Shown: one piece after another, positions 39,601 through 50,850 of the stretch
Layout of the letters: each line of letters starts with the position of its first letter
Position numbering within the stretch: the first letter of the stretch is position 1
Source of the DNA: Nitrospirota bacterium
GTDB lineage: Bacteria; Nitrospirota; Thermodesulfovibrionia; Thermodesulfovibrionales; Dissulfurispiraceae
NCBI GenBank assembly: GCA_963790025.1
Contig: CAWBMP010000004.1
Coordinates: forward strand, 896,001-960,000
Direction: 5' to 3'
Length of the DNA: 64,000 nucleotides
Translations under genes and position numbers: made by a program
Notes under the pieces: generated by a model
What the model saw: only the letters and a program-made list of their open reading frames with translations
What the model was told of the DNA's origin: nothing
The model's database searches: none

Positions 39601-40842
39601 ATCAACGGCGGGATTAATAAAAATCGCGGCTGTCGCCTGTGCCGTGATCTCGTTCTTCACAATATCGGCGCCCACGAAATCAGCGATCATGTATCGCCCT
39701 GAGCCGGTAGTGCCCACGCCAAGGATTTTAATGCTGTCCCCCACTTCCGCATAAAGCTCTCTGAGACCCTGTCTGACTGCATCAATAGGCCTTCCGGCAG
39801 TCATAAGATACCGCTTGGCAATAAGAACACCATGCTCGTCGACCAGTGCAAGGTTCGTGCTTATCGAGCCTATGTCGATACCCAAATATGCAGAACGCGG
39901 ATGGCAAAAAAATGTTTGAGGTTTGAGGTTGGAGGTTGGAGACTCAGACCTCAAACCTCCAACCTCAAACCTCCTTCCTCCCTCCTCCTTCAAACAGAGT
40001 GGTTCATGACCCTGATCATCGAACCTGGCTGATGCGAGGAAAGATTCGAGGCCATCGGGATCGTAATCGTTGACAGTGCCCTCATCCATGTCCTTGAGCG
40101 CGGCGCCGAGGGCTCCCATAAAGACAAAGTCACCTGGGACGAATAGTTCCTCGAGCCCAAAAACCTCTTTATAGGCCCGGACCATGCCCTCATTTGCCGC
40201 TACGCCGCCCTGGAATGAAACAGGCATTTTAAGTTCCCGGCCTTTCACTATACTGCTCTTGAAATTCCGGGCCACAGCAAAACATAAACCCGCTACAATG
40301 TCCTCCATCGGCGTCGCAATTTGCTGAAGATGTATCATGTCCGATTTTGCAAAAACACTGCATCGTCCCGCTATTTTTGAGGGTCTTGCCGATAGCACCG
40401 CCATTTCGCTGAATTCCTCTATATTCAATCTCAAACGTTCGGCCTGCTGTTCGAGGAACGAGCCCGTCCCTGCCGCACAGACAGAGTTCATGGAAAAATC
40501 CCTGATATGTCCGCCCTCCAGCAAAATAAGCTTCGAGTCCTCCCCGCCCATCTCTATAATGGTATTGATGTGGGGGAATAATTTCCTGACAGAATATGCT
40601 TGCGAGACTATCTCGTTGAGGTGCTTTATTTTTAACACGGAAGCGATCACCTTGGCCGATGAACCGGTAAGGGAAAGTCCGCTTCGGGGATACAGTTTTT
40701 TTGCCTCTCTCAAGAGGGTCAAAGCAGTGCTCAAGACATGGCCGTAATGCTTTATATACAGTCCACTGAGCTTATTGCCGTGCGCATCGAGGACGACGAG
40801 TTTAACAGTGACAGATCCCGCATCAAGACCGATGAAATACAT
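36652..40842 (-). CDS. Acyl-CoA dehydratase activase-like multidomain protein (two ASKHA domains + DUF2229-like region)
   Basis: GLDAGS/GIDIGS, two CAAGTGSFLE, RCSVF/RCTVF, CGPDS, DEHS, CRFGQY, PFGCMP. Confidence 0.9.
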   Translation of the reverse strand: MYFIGLDAGSVTVKLVVLDAHGNKLSGLYIKHYGHVLSTALTLLREAKKLYPRSGLSLTGSSAKVIASVLKIKHLNEIVSQAYSVRKLFPHINTIIEMGGEDSKLILLEGGHIRDFSMNSVCAAGTGSFLEQQAERLRLNIEEFSEMAVLSARPSKIAGRCSVFAKSDMIHLQQIATPMEDIVAGLCFAVARNFKSSIVKGRELKMPVSFQGGVAANEGMVRAYKEVFGLEELFVPGDFVFMGALGAALKDMDEGTVNDYDPDGLESFLASARFDDQGHEPLCLKEEGGRRFEVGGLRSESPTSNLKPQTFFCHPRSAYLGIDIGSISTNLALVDEHGVLIAKRYLMTAGRPIDAVRQGLRELYAEVGDSIKILGVGTTGSGRYMIADFVGADIVKNEITAQATAAIFINPAVDTIFEIGGQDSKYISIIDGIIVDFEMNKACAAGTGSFLEEQAEKLGIPVKDEFAALAFRSRRPCRLGERCTVFMENSLMANLQKGAAKDDLLAGLSYSIVQNYVNRVIAGKPIGKNIFFQGGVAFNSAVVAAFENYLGTGITVPPNHDVTGAIGMALIAMRHIKQMPVAERKTKFKGFSLSELTYDIASFECKGCSNVCEINKVKIQGEDGHLFFGGRCERYDVRRSRNLTLPDLFAFRQEMLWRDHFLPSGQRALVKIGIPYIFFFHDYLPFWSAFLRELGFEVIVSPKTNKEIIHLGVENVLSEACFPVKVAHGHIKFLVDAGIDALFIPSFIDVNQSEQDYPNGVACPHTQTIPYVSKAAIRGIRPITPIVDFSRGMEHLKRELLRCLKQFGVGKKDIDRAIRHGTTSQAAFSAAIGQKGKELLAQYASGTQPIVVIIGRAYNAFDPEVNLGIPGKLAAIDTMSIPMDMLPLEEVDMRDAWPDMYWRSGQRILKAARIIRNTPNLYAIYIGNFSCGPDSYILKYFKEEMAGKPFLHIEIDEHSADAGAITRCEAFLDSIQQQNSRQFGASKKERARGLRPAAIFSRKRTVYIPKMSDHSFAIKAAFERCGIPAEVLPESDKTTIDVGRKYVSGKECYPYLVTTGDMLRKVFSPDFEPGKSAFFMPSGTGPCRFGQYNISHKLLLEKLGFDDVPIFAPSQDVTFYRELSMAGRDFSMTAWKGIVAYELLIKCLHETRPYEREAGDAGQLYEGYRDKIYRALGQNGNGDMEHLLRAMRADFRSVPRRREQRPLIGVVGEIFVRTHKFSNEDLVRKIESLGGEVWLAPVEEWIYYVNAMTFRKALIKRRWSDMMNISLKRFLQKRIEHRYGRCFRGFLKTLEEPVTSEILDNASPFVSDSFEGETVLSIGKVINLAAKGAEGIINAMPFGCMPGTIVTSLLKAVSRKSGIASISIPYDGTESHALVLQVEAFMQTITEKTGKK

Positions 40843-40939
40843 AGTTCTCCTACGGCACCTGGAAATAACTGAAAGGTTTCTACAAGATGCTTACTTAATT
40901 AAATATACCACACTATACTGCGACATGCACTCATCGCGG

Positions 40940-42235
40940 TCATATTTTTTTCCTTGCGGCGGCAATAAGCCTGACGATATCTGCAAACTTTCTTTTTGTC
41001 GCCACGCTCAACGCGGTCTCGCCGCTGTCATCCTCCGCATCAGGGGTAACTCCCTCCTTGCGGAGCAGCATTTTAACAATGTCCGTGTATCCTTTATCTG
41101 CGGCAATAATCAGGGGAGTCCTGCCGTTTTCGTCAGCAACATTTGTATCGGCCTTCTTACTCAAAAGGAGTTTGACAATATCGATGTTATTCCCTTCAAC
41201 GGCAACGGTCAGGGGCGTCCTGTCGATAATGTCGGTATCATTGACGGGCGCCCCTTTCTTTATCAACAGAGTTGCAACTTCCGTATTGCCCTTGACGACG
41301 GCCAGCAGAAGCGGAGTCACCCCGTCATCGTCCCCGGCCTCCAGATGTACACCCTTGCGGAGCAGCTTCTTCACCACATCGGTATTGCCTTTATCAATTG
41401 CCAGAAGAAGCACGGTAGTGCCGTTATCATCGGCAGCATTGATGTCTGCCCCCTTATCAATCAAAAAACCGGCCAGATCGGTGCCGATATCTTCGGCAGC
41501 GCTGCTATACATCAAGGACCCAGCCATTTTATTCTGGCCGCCTGCCTCTGCCGTCATAAGGACCGTTACGCCATTGTTATCCGCACTGTTCACTGAAGCT
41601 CCACGACTGATCATCGTCTTTGCCAGTTCTGCGTAACCATAACTGACAGCAACAGTAAGAGCTGTCCTCCCCATCTTGTCCTTTATATCCAGAGCGGCGC
41701 CCTTTTCAATGAGCAGCCGGGCTACAGCCAGGCGTAACTTTACTTCAGTGTCAGCCCTATCTTTATCCGCTATATGCCTGCGATCGGGTTGTTTTACAGG
41801 AATATCAAGTACTCGTACCAGAACAGTTCTATCAGCATTGTCAAGGGCGTTTATATACGCTCCTCTGTCGAGCAGTATACTTATACTCTCAATATTTCCC
41901 TTGTCCGCCGCAAGCATCAGCGCCGTGTTGCCGTTCTTATCAATATCGTTGATCCCGGCGCCCCGCTCCAACAATAATTTTAGTGCCTCTGTGCGATTAA
42001 ATGAGGCCGCAACCATCATGGGGCTCATGCCATTTAGGCACATCTTAAGATCAAGATCGGCACCCTTGTCCAAAAGACTTTTCAACTGTGATACATTTCC
42101 ATTAAGTGCCTCATCGCAAATCCTCGGATTGATGACAGTGCCGGCAACACAAGGCAAAAGGTTAAAGGCTAAAAACAAAAGGTTAAAAAAGATACAACTA
42201 ATAGAAAAAAAGACCCTATGTTTTATTCTGGTCAC
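40940..42235 (-). CDS. Exported ankyrin-repeat protein
   Basis: Hydrophobic N-terminus; multiple G.TPL..A...G repeats. Confidence 0.9.
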   Translation of the reverse strand: MTRIKHRVFFSISCIFFNLLFLAFNLLPCVAGTVINPRICDEALNGNVSQLKSLLDKGADLDLKMCLNGMSPMMVAASFNRTEALKLLLERGAGINDIDKNGNTALMLAADKGNIESISILLDRGAYINALDNADRTVLVRVLDIPVKQPDRRHIADKDRADTEVKLRLAVARLLIEKGAALDIKDKMGRTALTVAVSYGYAELAKTMISRGASVNSADNNGVTVLMTAEAGGQNKMAGSLMYSSAAEDIGTDLAGFLIDKGADINAADDNGTTVLLLAIDKGNTDVVKKLLRKGVHLEAGDDDGVTPLLLAVVKGNTEVATLLIKKGAPVNDTDIIDRTPLTVAVEGNNIDIVKLLLSKKADTNVADENGRTPLIIAADKGYTDIVKMLLRKEGVTPDAEDDSGETALSVATKRKFADIVRLIAAARKKI

Positions 42236-42286
42236 GGTAACTAGCTTTTAACCTTCTGTCTCGTAGAGCGGCAACGTAAAGGCGAA

Positions 42287-42505
42287 TTATTTGTTTTTCC
42301 ACTCCTGCCGGTTATAATCATTGACAATCTTCAATATTTCCTTTGCTTCCTTGTGTATGCCCCGGGACCTTTCGCCGCGCTTGTATTCCCCTTCGTACAC
42401 GTCCCAGTTGCCATGCTGGTTTGCCACGTATTTGATTCCATCGACCTCATAGCATGTTACCAGGACATCGTTGTAAAATGATTTTACATGTGTCTTTTTA
42501 ATCAC
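42287..42505 (-). CDS. Hypothetical protein
   Basis: 72-aa ORF with GGAG RBS. Confidence 0.65.
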   Translation of the reverse strand: MIKKTHVKSFYNDVLVTCYEVDGIKYVANQHGNWDVYEGEYKRGERSRGIHKEAKEILKIVNDYNRQEWKNK

Positions 42506-42627
42506 TCTCCGGCTCCTTTACTTTTGGCTCTCTATAAAGTACTTATTGCATTATATGTTATTGAAAATACATCTGTAAACAAGTCAAACCACCTTTACCC
42601 TTATCCCCATCCACTCATTCACACTTT

Positions 42628-45600
42628 TCACTTCCCATCGCACCACTTACGGGCATTGAGGAACAGCTTCAGCCATGGGGAGGCTTTAAGCATCTTCTTC
42701 ATTTGCTCCGGCATCCAGGGCCATTGCCATGTGAGAAAGGTCCTTTCAGGATGGGGCATTAGAGCAAGATGCCTGCCGTCGGCAGTGCAAAGGGCTGCAA
42801 TGCCCGACGGAGACCCGTTTGGATTGAAGGGATATGTTTCAGTTATTTTACCGTTGTCATCTATGTACCTTATAGGTGCAAGATTTTTTCTCAGAACTTC
42901 ATCGTATATTTTTCTGTCGGGGAAGTGGGTCTGCCCTTCGCCATGTGAAACCCATATGCCGAGTGCAGAGCCTTCCATGCCCTTCAGCATCACTGCAGGG
43001 CTCTTCAAAATCCTGACTGTAACAAAACGTGATTCAAATCTTCCGGACCTGTTCTGGATGAACCTCGGCTGTAACCTATCGGAAATCCCCTGCCAGGGGA
43101 CCCAACCCAACAGTGCAGCAAGCTGGCATCCGTTACATACGCTGAGACTGAATGTGTCCCGCCTATGATAAAAATTATTGAACTGATCATAGAGTTTCTT
43201 ACTGAACCGTATAGTGCCGGCCTGTCCCTTCCCCGAATCCAGGACATCCGCATAACTGAACCCACCGACAAAAGCTATCCCCTTGAACCGCGATAGAGTT
43301 ATCCTGTCGCAGAGCAGGTCGGTCATAGCTACATCCCAGGGCTCAAAGCCCGCCTGATAAAAGGCGGAAGCCATCTCGCGGTCACCGTTGCTTCCTTCCT
43401 CCCTGATAACTGCGACTGCCGGTTTTGTTTTCTTTTTGATGAAAACAGCTGGGGTCTGCTTAGGGGCAAAGGATAGATGGTATGAGGGGCCGGGCCTGTC
43501 ATAAATTGCAGCCTTCTCTTCAAGAACACACTCAGGGTTTGCCTGAAGCATATCCAGCCGATGGCTGGTCTCTTCCCAGACTGACCTGAGTTCCTGCATG
43601 TTTTTATCAAGTATCAGCTCTCCGTCAAGACTTATCCTGATGTTATTTTCCGCCAGGCTGCGGCCTATGATCTGGTAAGGCACTTTATTCTTTAGCAATA
43701 TAGTGGTAATCTCCTTCTCCGCCTTTTTCTCATATTCAATGACCAGCCCCAGTTCCTCGGAGAAAAAGACCTGCATGGCATTATTCAAACGACCACAGGA
43801 AAGGTTGACTTCCAGCCCGCAATTGCCGGCAAAGGCCATTTCAAGCAATGTAGTGATAAGCCCCCCGTCGCTCCTGTCATGGCCTGCCAGCAACAAGCCC
43901 CGTTCTATCAGTATTTGAACCGCGTTAAAGGAGTCCTCCAGCACCCGGCTGTTTTCCACATCAGGCGCTTCGGTCCCCACCTGCTTATAGCACTGGGCAA
44001 GCGCCGAGCCTCCCAGCCTGTTTTTCCCCGATCCGATATCAATATAGATAAGTCTGCTTTTGCCGGGGGCTTTCAGGTCGGGGGTCACCACCTTTGTAAT
44101 GTCAGGGCACGGCGCATACGCCGATATCACCAGCGCGCCCGGGGACTTTACCATTTCAGTTTCGCCGGTGGGATATTTTACAATTGAAGCCATCGAGAGA
44201 CTGTCCTTGCCCCCATCGATTGCAATGCCCAGTTCCAGCATTATGTCCCTCATGGCTATAGCTGCATCGTAAAGCCGCGCGCCTTCACCCGGAAGTTTTG
44301 GCGCCCACATCCAGTTCGCTGAGCACTTGATATCACTGAGTGCGCTTATACGGGCCCAAACAATATTGGTTAAAGCTTCTCCGACAGACATCCTCGCCAT
44401 AGCTGAGGGATTGATGAGCCCTTTGACAGGCTGCTCACCTATAGCTATAGCTGCTCCCGTCAAACCAAGATGGCTCTGTGCAATGACCGCTACATCAGAG
44501 ACAGTCAACTGCAGCGGACCGGCGCATTGCTGCCTGGCGATGAGACCGGTAACCGACCGGTCCACCTTGTTTGTCAGGAACCTCTTTGACCCTACAGATA
44601 CCAGCCTGAGCACCCGGTCGAGCGCATCTCCAAGTGTAATGCCCTCAGGCAAATCAAGCGGTTGAGTATGACTCGGAACACGTTCCATTCTGAACACTTT
44701 CCTCGGCATATCACCCAGCACCTTATCGAGACTCAACTGCTCTGCAACGCTACCGTCAATGCCGTCATAAACAACAATTTCTCCGTCGCCTGTTATTTCG
44801 CCTATTACCGCAACGGGTACCTTTTCTCTGCCGCTCAGCATTCGGAACATTTCGATTTTTTCAGGGCTTATGAGAAGGGCATCCTGTTCCTGGTATTCTG
44901 CGCCCCATATTTCAAGCACGGACAATGTATGATCACCGACAATTACCTTCCGTATGTCGATTTTTGCGCCCGCAGGATGGACGATTTCCTTAACCACGTT
45001 GCAATTGCCCCCCGCCCCCTGGTCATGAATGCTTACAATCGGATTGTCAGCCCCGAGTTCAACGCAAGCCCTGATTACCCTGTTGAGCTTTTGCTCCATT
45101 TCCGCATCACCGCGCTGCACTGCATTGAAATCGAGTTCCTGTATGTTTTCCCCTTGTATCATACTCGAAGCAGCGCCGCCTCCCATGCCTATACGGTATG
45201 CAGGACCGCCGATCTTCACTACTGCCATTCCCCGTTTCGGCTCTCTTTTCTCCGTGTGGCGCTCATCAATCTGCCCTACCCCGCCGGTAAACATAATAGG
45301 TTTAATCCATTCACTCCTCTCGCCGGCAGGGAGTCTCAGCCCGAACGACCTGGTAAAGCCCTGAATGACCGGTTCGCCAAACTTGTTCCCGTAATCCGAT
45401 GCTCCGTTGCTTGCCTGAATTTCGATTTGGAGCGGAGAGGCCAGGTTGCCAGGATAGCTGAACGAACCGTGCTCCCATGGGAGTGGGTATCCAGGTATTT
45501 GCAGGTTACCCACACAGTAAGCTGCCGTTCCGGCAACAAAAAGACTTCCCCTCCCGGTTGCGTGCACATCCCTTATCCTGCCGCCTGTGCCCGTTTCAGC

Positions 45601-46581
45601 ACCGGGAAACGGCGCAACTCCTGAGGGGAAATTATGCGTTTCCGCCGTGAAGATAATATGATAAACACATTTATTCTTCCTGAACAAGGAAGGGGCCAGC
45701 GGGTTTTCAGGCATAACAGACGAGATTTCATACCCCCTGATGGCACTGGAGTTATCTCTGAATGCAATAATGCTGTTGTTGGGGTTTCTCTTGTAAGGCT
45801 CCTTGACAATCTGCATCAGGCTCTCGGGCATTGCCTTGCCGTCAATAACCAGCCTGCCCCTGAAAAACCAGTGACGCGAATGTTCGCTGTTCGATTGGCT
45901 CAGATCGAAACACTCCACATCGGTCGGGTCCCTTCCAATCTCATCTTTAAACAACCTGTAATAAAAATCGATGTCCCATGCATCAAAGCCAAGTCCCAGT
46001 TCTCTGTTGATCCTCGCCAGCGCCTCTTCTCCCTCTTCCATTACAGGAACGATCCTGACCCGCTGCGGCCTGGTTCCCGTCTCAAAAGTAAGGAGCTGTT
46101 CAGGATAGAGGCATTCCGTCATCCGGTCATGAATCAACTCCAAAAAAGGCTGGGCAAGCGAGCCGGCTTTTGCCTTTTGCCTTCCGATTAACTTATATCT
46201 TCTTGAGCGCTCTATGCGCCGTACTTTCAGCAGACCACACGAGTGACAAATCGAAACTGCATTGGCAGACCAGGCAGTAGTAAAGCTCAAACGCGGGCCC
46301 ACCTCAAAGATATTGCAATGCTTAATGCGTGATACGTTACGTGTTAAAAAACTTTCGGAAGAAAAGTTTCGAGGTTCGAAAGTTTCGGCCAGCAGCCACC
46401 GGAGCACTCTCAGTTCTCTCTCAGTGAAGGGTTCCGAAGCATCTATGTTAAAGCAGAATTCTGTTTCGATTTCTGCGATATCAGGCCAAATCCTGTCTTT
46501 TACCGTGTTAAGGAGAACATTCCGCTTATATGGCGAGAGAGCAGGGGTGCGATAGAAATGAAGAAGTTTTTTATCTGACAT
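42628..46581 (-). CDS. purL: Phosphoribosylformylglycinamidine synthase, large single-chain type
   Basis: SNSEHSRH, ETHNFP, HDQGAGG, GGKDSLSM, glutaminase VCNGCQ and MPHPER. Confidence 0.97.
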   Translation of the reverse strand: MSDKKLLHFYRTPALSPYKRNVLLNTVKDRIWPDIAEIETEFCFNIDASEPFTERELRVLRWLLAETFEPRNFSSESFLTRNVSRIKHCNIFEVGPRLSFTTAWSANAVSICHSCGLLKVRRIERSRRYKLIGRQKAKAGSLAQPFLELIHDRMTECLYPEQLLTFETGTRPQRVRIVPVMEEGEEALARINRELGLGFDAWDIDFYYRLFKDEIGRDPTDVECFDLSQSNSEHSRHWFFRGRLVIDGKAMPESLMQIVKEPYKRNPNNSIIAFRDNSSAIRGYEISSVMPENPLAPSLFRKNKCVYHIIFTAETHNFPSGVAPFPGAETGTGGRIRDVHATGRGSLFVAGTAAYCVGNLQIPGYPLPWEHGSFSYPGNLASPLQIEIQASNGASDYGNKFGEPVIQGFTRSFGLRLPAGERSEWIKPIMFTGGVGQIDERHTEKREPKRGMAVVKIGGPAYRIGMGGGAASSMIQGENIQELDFNAVQRGDAEMEQKLNRVIRACVELGADNPIVSIHDQGAGGNCNVVKEIVHPAGAKIDIRKVIVGDHTLSVLEIWGAEYQEQDALLISPEKIEMFRMLSGREKVPVAVIGEITGDGEIVVYDGIDGSVAEQLSLDKVLGDMPRKVFRMERVPSHTQPLDLPEGITLGDALDRVLRLVSVGSKRFLTNKVDRSVTGLIARQQCAGPLQLTVSDVAVIAQSHLGLTGAAIAIGEQPVKGLINPSAMARMSVGEALTNIVWARISALSDIKCSANWMWAPKLPGEGARLYDAAIAMRDIMLELGIAIDGGKDSLSMASIVKYPTGETEMVKSPGALVISAYAPCPDITKVVTPDLKAPGKSRLIYIDIGSGKNRLGGSALAQCYKQVGTEAPDVENSRVLEDSFNAVQILIERGLLLAGHDRSDGGLITTLLEMAFAGNCGLEVNLSCGRLNNAMQVFFSEELGLVIEYEKKAEKEITTILLKNKVPYQIIGRSLAENNIRISLDGELILDKNMQELRSVWEETSHRLDMLQANPECVLEEKAAIYDRPGPSYHLSFAPKQTPAVFIKKKTKPAVAVIREEGSNGDREMASAFYQAGFEPWDVAMTDLLCDRITLSRFKGIAFVGGFSYADVLDSGKGQAGTIRFSKKLYDQFNNFYHRRDTFSLSVCNGCQLAALLGWVPWQGISDRLQPRFIQNRSGRFESRFVTVRILKSPAVMLKGMEGSALGIWVSHGEGQTHFPDRKIYDEVLRKNLAPIRYIDDNGKITETYPFNPNGSPSGIAALCTADGRHLALMPHPERTFLTWQWPWMPEQMKKMLKASPWLKLFLNARKWCDGK

Positions 46582-46779
46582 TTCTTCTCCTTTATTACTT
46601 ATGCTGTTTGTCATTTTACCATAACATACGACAGAAGTTGGAATTTAGAGGTTTGAGAGTAGAGGTTAGAGGCAACAACAAAGCACTTTTTTTGCTTTTG
46701 CCTCAGACCTCTAACCTCCAACCTTTTATTATATATGTGGTAAAATACCCCGTTAATTAAGATTTTCGGGGTGTGGTTG

Positions 46780-48663
46780 ATGGAATTGCGTTTGACTTCA
46801 GATGAAGTGGTGCAAACTAATGAGGGAGAAAGCCTTTACACTGCTCTGAAAAAAGCCGGCATTTACCTTGTCGCTTCCTGCGGAGGGAAAGGCGTCTGCG
46901 GAAAATGCAAAATAAAGGTCCTGGACGGGCCCAGCGAGTCTGTCTCTCACACGAAACTGACGGCGCAAGAGCTTGAGGAGGGCATGGCACTTGCGTGCCA
47001 GACCTTCCCCAAAGGCGATCTGCTTCTTGATATACCGAAAGAGTCAAAACTTGTCATCGGAGACAAGATTGCGCTTGCCAAAACAAAAAACCTTGCCTCA
47101 TATCTTGAGTCTTATGGAGTTGTCATCAATCTTCCCATTAAAAGAATCCACCTTCAACTGCCGCCGCCGACAATCAGCGATAACATAAGCGATCTTGAGC
47201 GTTTGAAGAGGGCACTCCATGAAAGAGGCCTAAGGGACATGCGTTTCTCTCACGGGTTCGTATCCACAATGGGCACTATTCTGAGAGATGCGAAGTGGAT
47301 TGTTGACCTTATCTATGTGCCTGGAGACGCAATGAGCAGCGAAGCCATTTATCTGGCTTCTCCGGGATATTGCAGCAGGCGATACGGCCTTGCCATAGAC
47401 ATCGGCACCACAACTGTTGTGGTATATCTAGTAAATCTATTAGATGGATCAATCGTGGACATCGGTTCCACCTATAACTCCCAGATACGTTTCGGAGATG
47501 ATGTCATAACAAGGATAGTCCATGCAACTGAAGGCGGGGGACTCAATGAGCTCAGAAATGCCGTAGTCGCGGATATCAACACAATCACCTCCTCGTTCAT
47601 CGAGCGCCATGATATTCACTCTTGCGAAATAGATTCCGCGACTGTCGCGGGTAATACAACAATGTCACATATCTTCTGGGGAATGAATCCGGGCTCTATC
47701 AGGGAAGAACCTTACATTCCCACGCTCAACTTCTTCCCCCTCTGGAAGGGCGGCTCCGCGAAACTATGCATTAATGCGCAAGCGCCGGTTTATACTGTCC
47801 CGTCCATAGCCAGTTATGTCGGAGGCGATATTGTTGCAGGGGTGCTTGCCTCAAAAATGCACCGCCATACCGAAATTGCCCTTTTTATGGACATAGGCAC
47901 CAACGGCGAAATCGTTGTCGGCAACAATGAGTGGCTTATGACAGCCGCCTGCTCTGCAGGGCCCTGTTTCGAGGGCAGCGGGATACGCTGCGGAATGCGC
48001 GCCACATCAGGGGCAATCGAGGCGATCAAAATCGACAAAGAAACTTTCAAACCTGAAATATCTGTCATAGGCGGCGGCACGCCGATGGGGATATGCGGAT
48101 CGGGAATGATCGATGCAGTATCTGAAATGTTCCTTACTGGAATTCTCGACCTGAAGGGCAAGTTTATTTCAGACAAAACAGACAGGGTCCGGAACGGCGA
48201 GGAAGGCCTGGAATACGTGTTCTTCTCCGGTAGTGCTCACCGCAGGGACATTGTACTTACGGAGGCCGATATCGAAAACCTGCTCCGGGCCAAGGCCGCA
48301 ATCTATGCCGGAGTTACGACGCTCCTCGGCGAAGTCGGCCTGACCATTGATTCAATTGAACGGATATATATAGCGGGAGGTTTCGGCAATTACATCAATG
48401 TCGAGAGGGCGATCACACTGGGCATGCTCCCCGATGCGCCCTTGGAGCGGTTTATATTTATGGGCAACACTTCCATCACCGGTGCATACCTCTGCCTGCT
48501 TTCAGAAGAATTAAGAAACGAGGCGGAAAAAATAGCTTCGCAAATGACTTACGTCGAACTGTCCGTTTCCCACAGCTTTATGGACCAGTATATGTCCGCA
48601 CTTTTCCTGCCTCACACAGATATCAACCAGTTTCCCACAGTTGCAGCGATGTTGCATAAATAG
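46780..48663 (+). CDS. Corrinoid protein reductive activator (RACo/AcsV-like; 2Fe-2S + ASKHA)
   Basis: [10 protein letters not shown]...[36 protein letters not shown]. Confidence 0.88.
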   Translation: MELRLTSDEVVQTNEGESLYTALKKAGIYLVASCGGKGVCGKCKIKVLDGPSESVSHTKLTAQELEEGMALACQTFPKGDLLLDIPKESKLVIGDKIALAKTKNLASYLESYGVVINLPIKRIHLQLPPPTISDNISDLERLKRALHERGLRDMRFSHGFVSTMGTILRDAKWIVDLIYVPGDAMSSEAIYLASPGYCSRRYGLAIDIGTTTVVVYLVNLLDGSIVDIGSTYNSQIRFGDDVITRIVHATEGGGLNELRNAVVADINTITSSFIERHDIHSCEIDSATVAGNTTMSHIFWGMNPGSIREEPYIPTLNFFPLWKGGSAKLCINAQAPVYTVPSIASYVGGDIVAGVLASKMHRHTEIALFMDIGTNGEIVVGNNEWLMTAACSAGPCFEGSGIRCGMRATSGAIEAIKIDKETFKPEISVIGGGTPMGICGSGMIDAVSEMFLTGILDLKGKFISDKTDRVRNGEEGLEYVFFSGSAHRRDIVLTEADIENLLRAKAAIYAGVTTLLGEVGLTIDSIERIYIAGGFGNYINVERAITLGMLPDAPLERFIFMGNTSITGAYLCLLSEELRNEAEKIASQMTYVELSVSHSFMDQYMSALFLPHTDINQFPTVAAMLHK

Positions 48664-48667
48664 GATT

Positions 48668-50803
48668 ATGGGCTTTTTGCATGCCATAAAGCGGGATTTT
48701 GATGTTGTTTTCGAGCGCGATCCTGCCGCAAGGAATTATGTCGAGGTACTGTTGACCTATCCCGGACTCCATGCCATTTTCATGCACCGCATAAGCCATG
48801 CCCTTTGGGACCTGCGAATCCCCGTGTTGCCGAGGTTCCTTTCCCATGTAGCACGCTTACTGACCGGGATCGAAATCCATCCTGCGGCAAGCATAGGGAC
48901 CGGTTTCTTTATCGATCACGGCATGGGAGTCGTTGTCGGGGAGACCACCGATATAGGAAATGATTGCCTCTTGTACCAAGGTGTGACACTTGGAGGCACA
49001 GGGAAAGAAAAGGGGAAACGCCACCCCACATTGGGAAATAATGTAGTAGTAGGCGCGGGCGCAAAGATACTCGGCCCGATACTCATAGGCGATTATGTTA
49101 AAATAGGCGCTAATTCCGTTGTCTTGAAACCTGTCCCTGATTATTCCATTGTAGTGGGTGTGCCGGGCAGAATCATAAAAAAAGAAGTGGTGCGGATGGC
49201 TGCGGAAGGGCCTGTTGAGGCCCTCGATCATGTGAGACTTCCGGACCCTGTTGATGAAACACTGCATGAGTTCGCCGAACATCTTGCAAGAATTGAAGCG
49301 AGGATCGATAAAATGGAAGGTAAAAAAGCGGGCATGAAACTATTTAATACTATGACAGGAAAAAAAGAAGCTTTTATTCCTATCGAGAGGGACAAAGTGG
49401 CCATCTATGCCTGCGGGGTTACCGTGTACGACTATTCACATATAGGCCATGCCCGGAGTGCCGTGGTTTTTGACGTCATCAGACGGTATTTCAAATACAA
49501 GGGCCTTGCAGTCAAATACGTCAGGAACTTTACCGATATCGACGATAAAATAATTAATAGGGCACATCAGGACGGTATTGCGTGGGACGAGGTAGCGCGA
49601 AAGTATATAGCCGAATATTATGCGGATATGGACAGGCTCGGCGTTGCACGGGCCGATGTGGAGCCGAAAGCAACCGACCATATACAGGAAATGATCGGGG
49701 TGATAAAAGGGCTTATTGATAAAGGGCACGCCTATGTCTCGGAGGGAAGCGTGTATTTTGGCGTCGATACATTCTCGGACTACGGCAAACTCTCGAAGAA
49801 AGAGCAAAAAGACCTCCTTGCAGGCGCGCGCGTCAATATAGAAGAAAAGAAGAGGAACCCGTCCGATTTTGCACTCTGGAAGGCCTCAAAGGAAGGCGAG
49901 CCGTGGTGGGAGAGTCCCTGGGGCAAGGGAAGGCCGGGATGGCATATTGAATGCACGGCGATGGTAATCCGGCATCTCGGTGAATCCATCGACATTCACG
50001 GTGGCGGAGCTGATCTTATCTTCCCCCACCATGAGAATGAGATCGCCCAGTCCGAGGCGTTTACCGGTAAGCCCTTTGCAAAATATTGGGTGCATAACGG
50101 TTTCATTACTATCGATAAAGAAAAAATGTCAAAATCCCTGGGGAACTTCTTCACCATCCGTGAAATCCTCGATAAGTACGATCCCGAGGTCATCAGGCTC
50201 TTCCTGCTCTCAAGCCATTATCGCAGCCCCATCGAGTTTTCCAACGAACAGTTGCACGATGCGGAATCTTCTTTGGACAGGTATTACAGCACCGTTGCAC
50301 GGATCGAGGAATTTTTAACAGGCGTCGGGACAACTTCTTCGAAGACACCTAAGAATGCGAACACAGTGTCAGATGAACTTACCGCTGTGCTCGCTTCATT
50401 TCAGGGGCGCTTCGAAGAAGCAATGGATGACGATGTTAACACTGCACTCGCCACCGGGCATGTTTTTGAGCTTGTCAGAATAATCAATAAATACCTCGAT
50501 GCAAAACCCTCCGGTGAGTATGCCTATAAAATGATCGGGCAGGCTCTGGATGCCCTGCACATGGCAGGCAGCGTCCTTAATCTCTTTCAAAGGACGCCGG
50601 CAAAGTGGAACGTCGGTCTGTTGGCTACCAGGAAGATTCCCCTTACCGAGGTCGAGATAGAACAGAAGATAGAGCACCGGCAGAAAGCGAGACAGAACAA
50701 AGATTGGGCGCTGGCCGATTCAATCAGGAAAGAACTTGAGGACAAGGGTATACTGCTTGAAGACAGAAAAGACGGGAGCGGGTGGAAGGTGAAGATAGTT
50801 TAG
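48668..50803 (+). CDS. cysS: Fused serine O-acetyltransferase / cysteinyl-tRNA synthetase (CysE-CysS)
   Basis: DPAA, GIEIHP, FIDHGMG, KRHPT, then in frame [37 protein letters not shown]. Confidence 0.93.
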   Translation: MGFLHAIKRDFDVVFERDPAARNYVEVLLTYPGLHAIFMHRISHALWDLRIPVLPRFLSHVARLLTGIEIHPAASIGTGFFIDHGMGVVVGETTDIGNDCLLYQGVTLGGTGKEKGKRHPTLGNNVVVGAGAKILGPILIGDYVKIGANSVVLKPVPDYSIVVGVPGRIIKKEVVRMAAEGPVEALDHVRLPDPVDETLHEFAEHLARIEARIDKMEGKKAGMKLFNTMTGKKEAFIPIERDKVAIYACGVTVYDYSHIGHARSAVVFDVIRRYFKYKGLAVKYVRNFTDIDDKIINRAHQDGIAWDEVARKYIAEYYADMDRLGVARADVEPKATDHIQEMIGVIKGLIDKGHAYVSEGSVYFGVDTFSDYGKLSKKEQKDLLAGARVNIEEKKRNPSDFALWKASKEGEPWWESPWGKGRPGWHIECTAMVIRHLGESIDIHGGGADLIFPHHENEIAQSEAFTGKPFAKYWVHNGFITIDKEKMSKSLGNFFTIREILDKYDPEVIRLFLLSSHYRSPIEFSNEQLHDAESSLDRYYSTVARIEEFLTGVGTTSSKTPKNANTVSDELTAVLASFQGRFEEAMDDDVNTALATGHVFELVRIINKYLDAKPSGEYAYKMIGQALDALHMAGSVLNLFQRTPAKWNVGLLATRKIPLTEVEIEQKIEHRQKARQNKDWALADSIRKELEDKGILLEDRKDGSGWKVKIV

Positions 50804-50850
50804 CTGTTGCTCCATCATTATGTGTTGGCGGATTACGGGCTTGAGCTGAC

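Noticed and set aside
40940..42235. Ankyrin array as a second hypervariable receptor
   Set aside because: The repeats are ordinarily diverged, with no high internal DNA identity and no effector domain.
44662..45624. Long antisense ORFs (also 37570..38310, 40775..41596, 42488..43168, 29827..30492)
   Set aside because: They shadow well-supported genes on the opposite strand and have no recognisable motifs.
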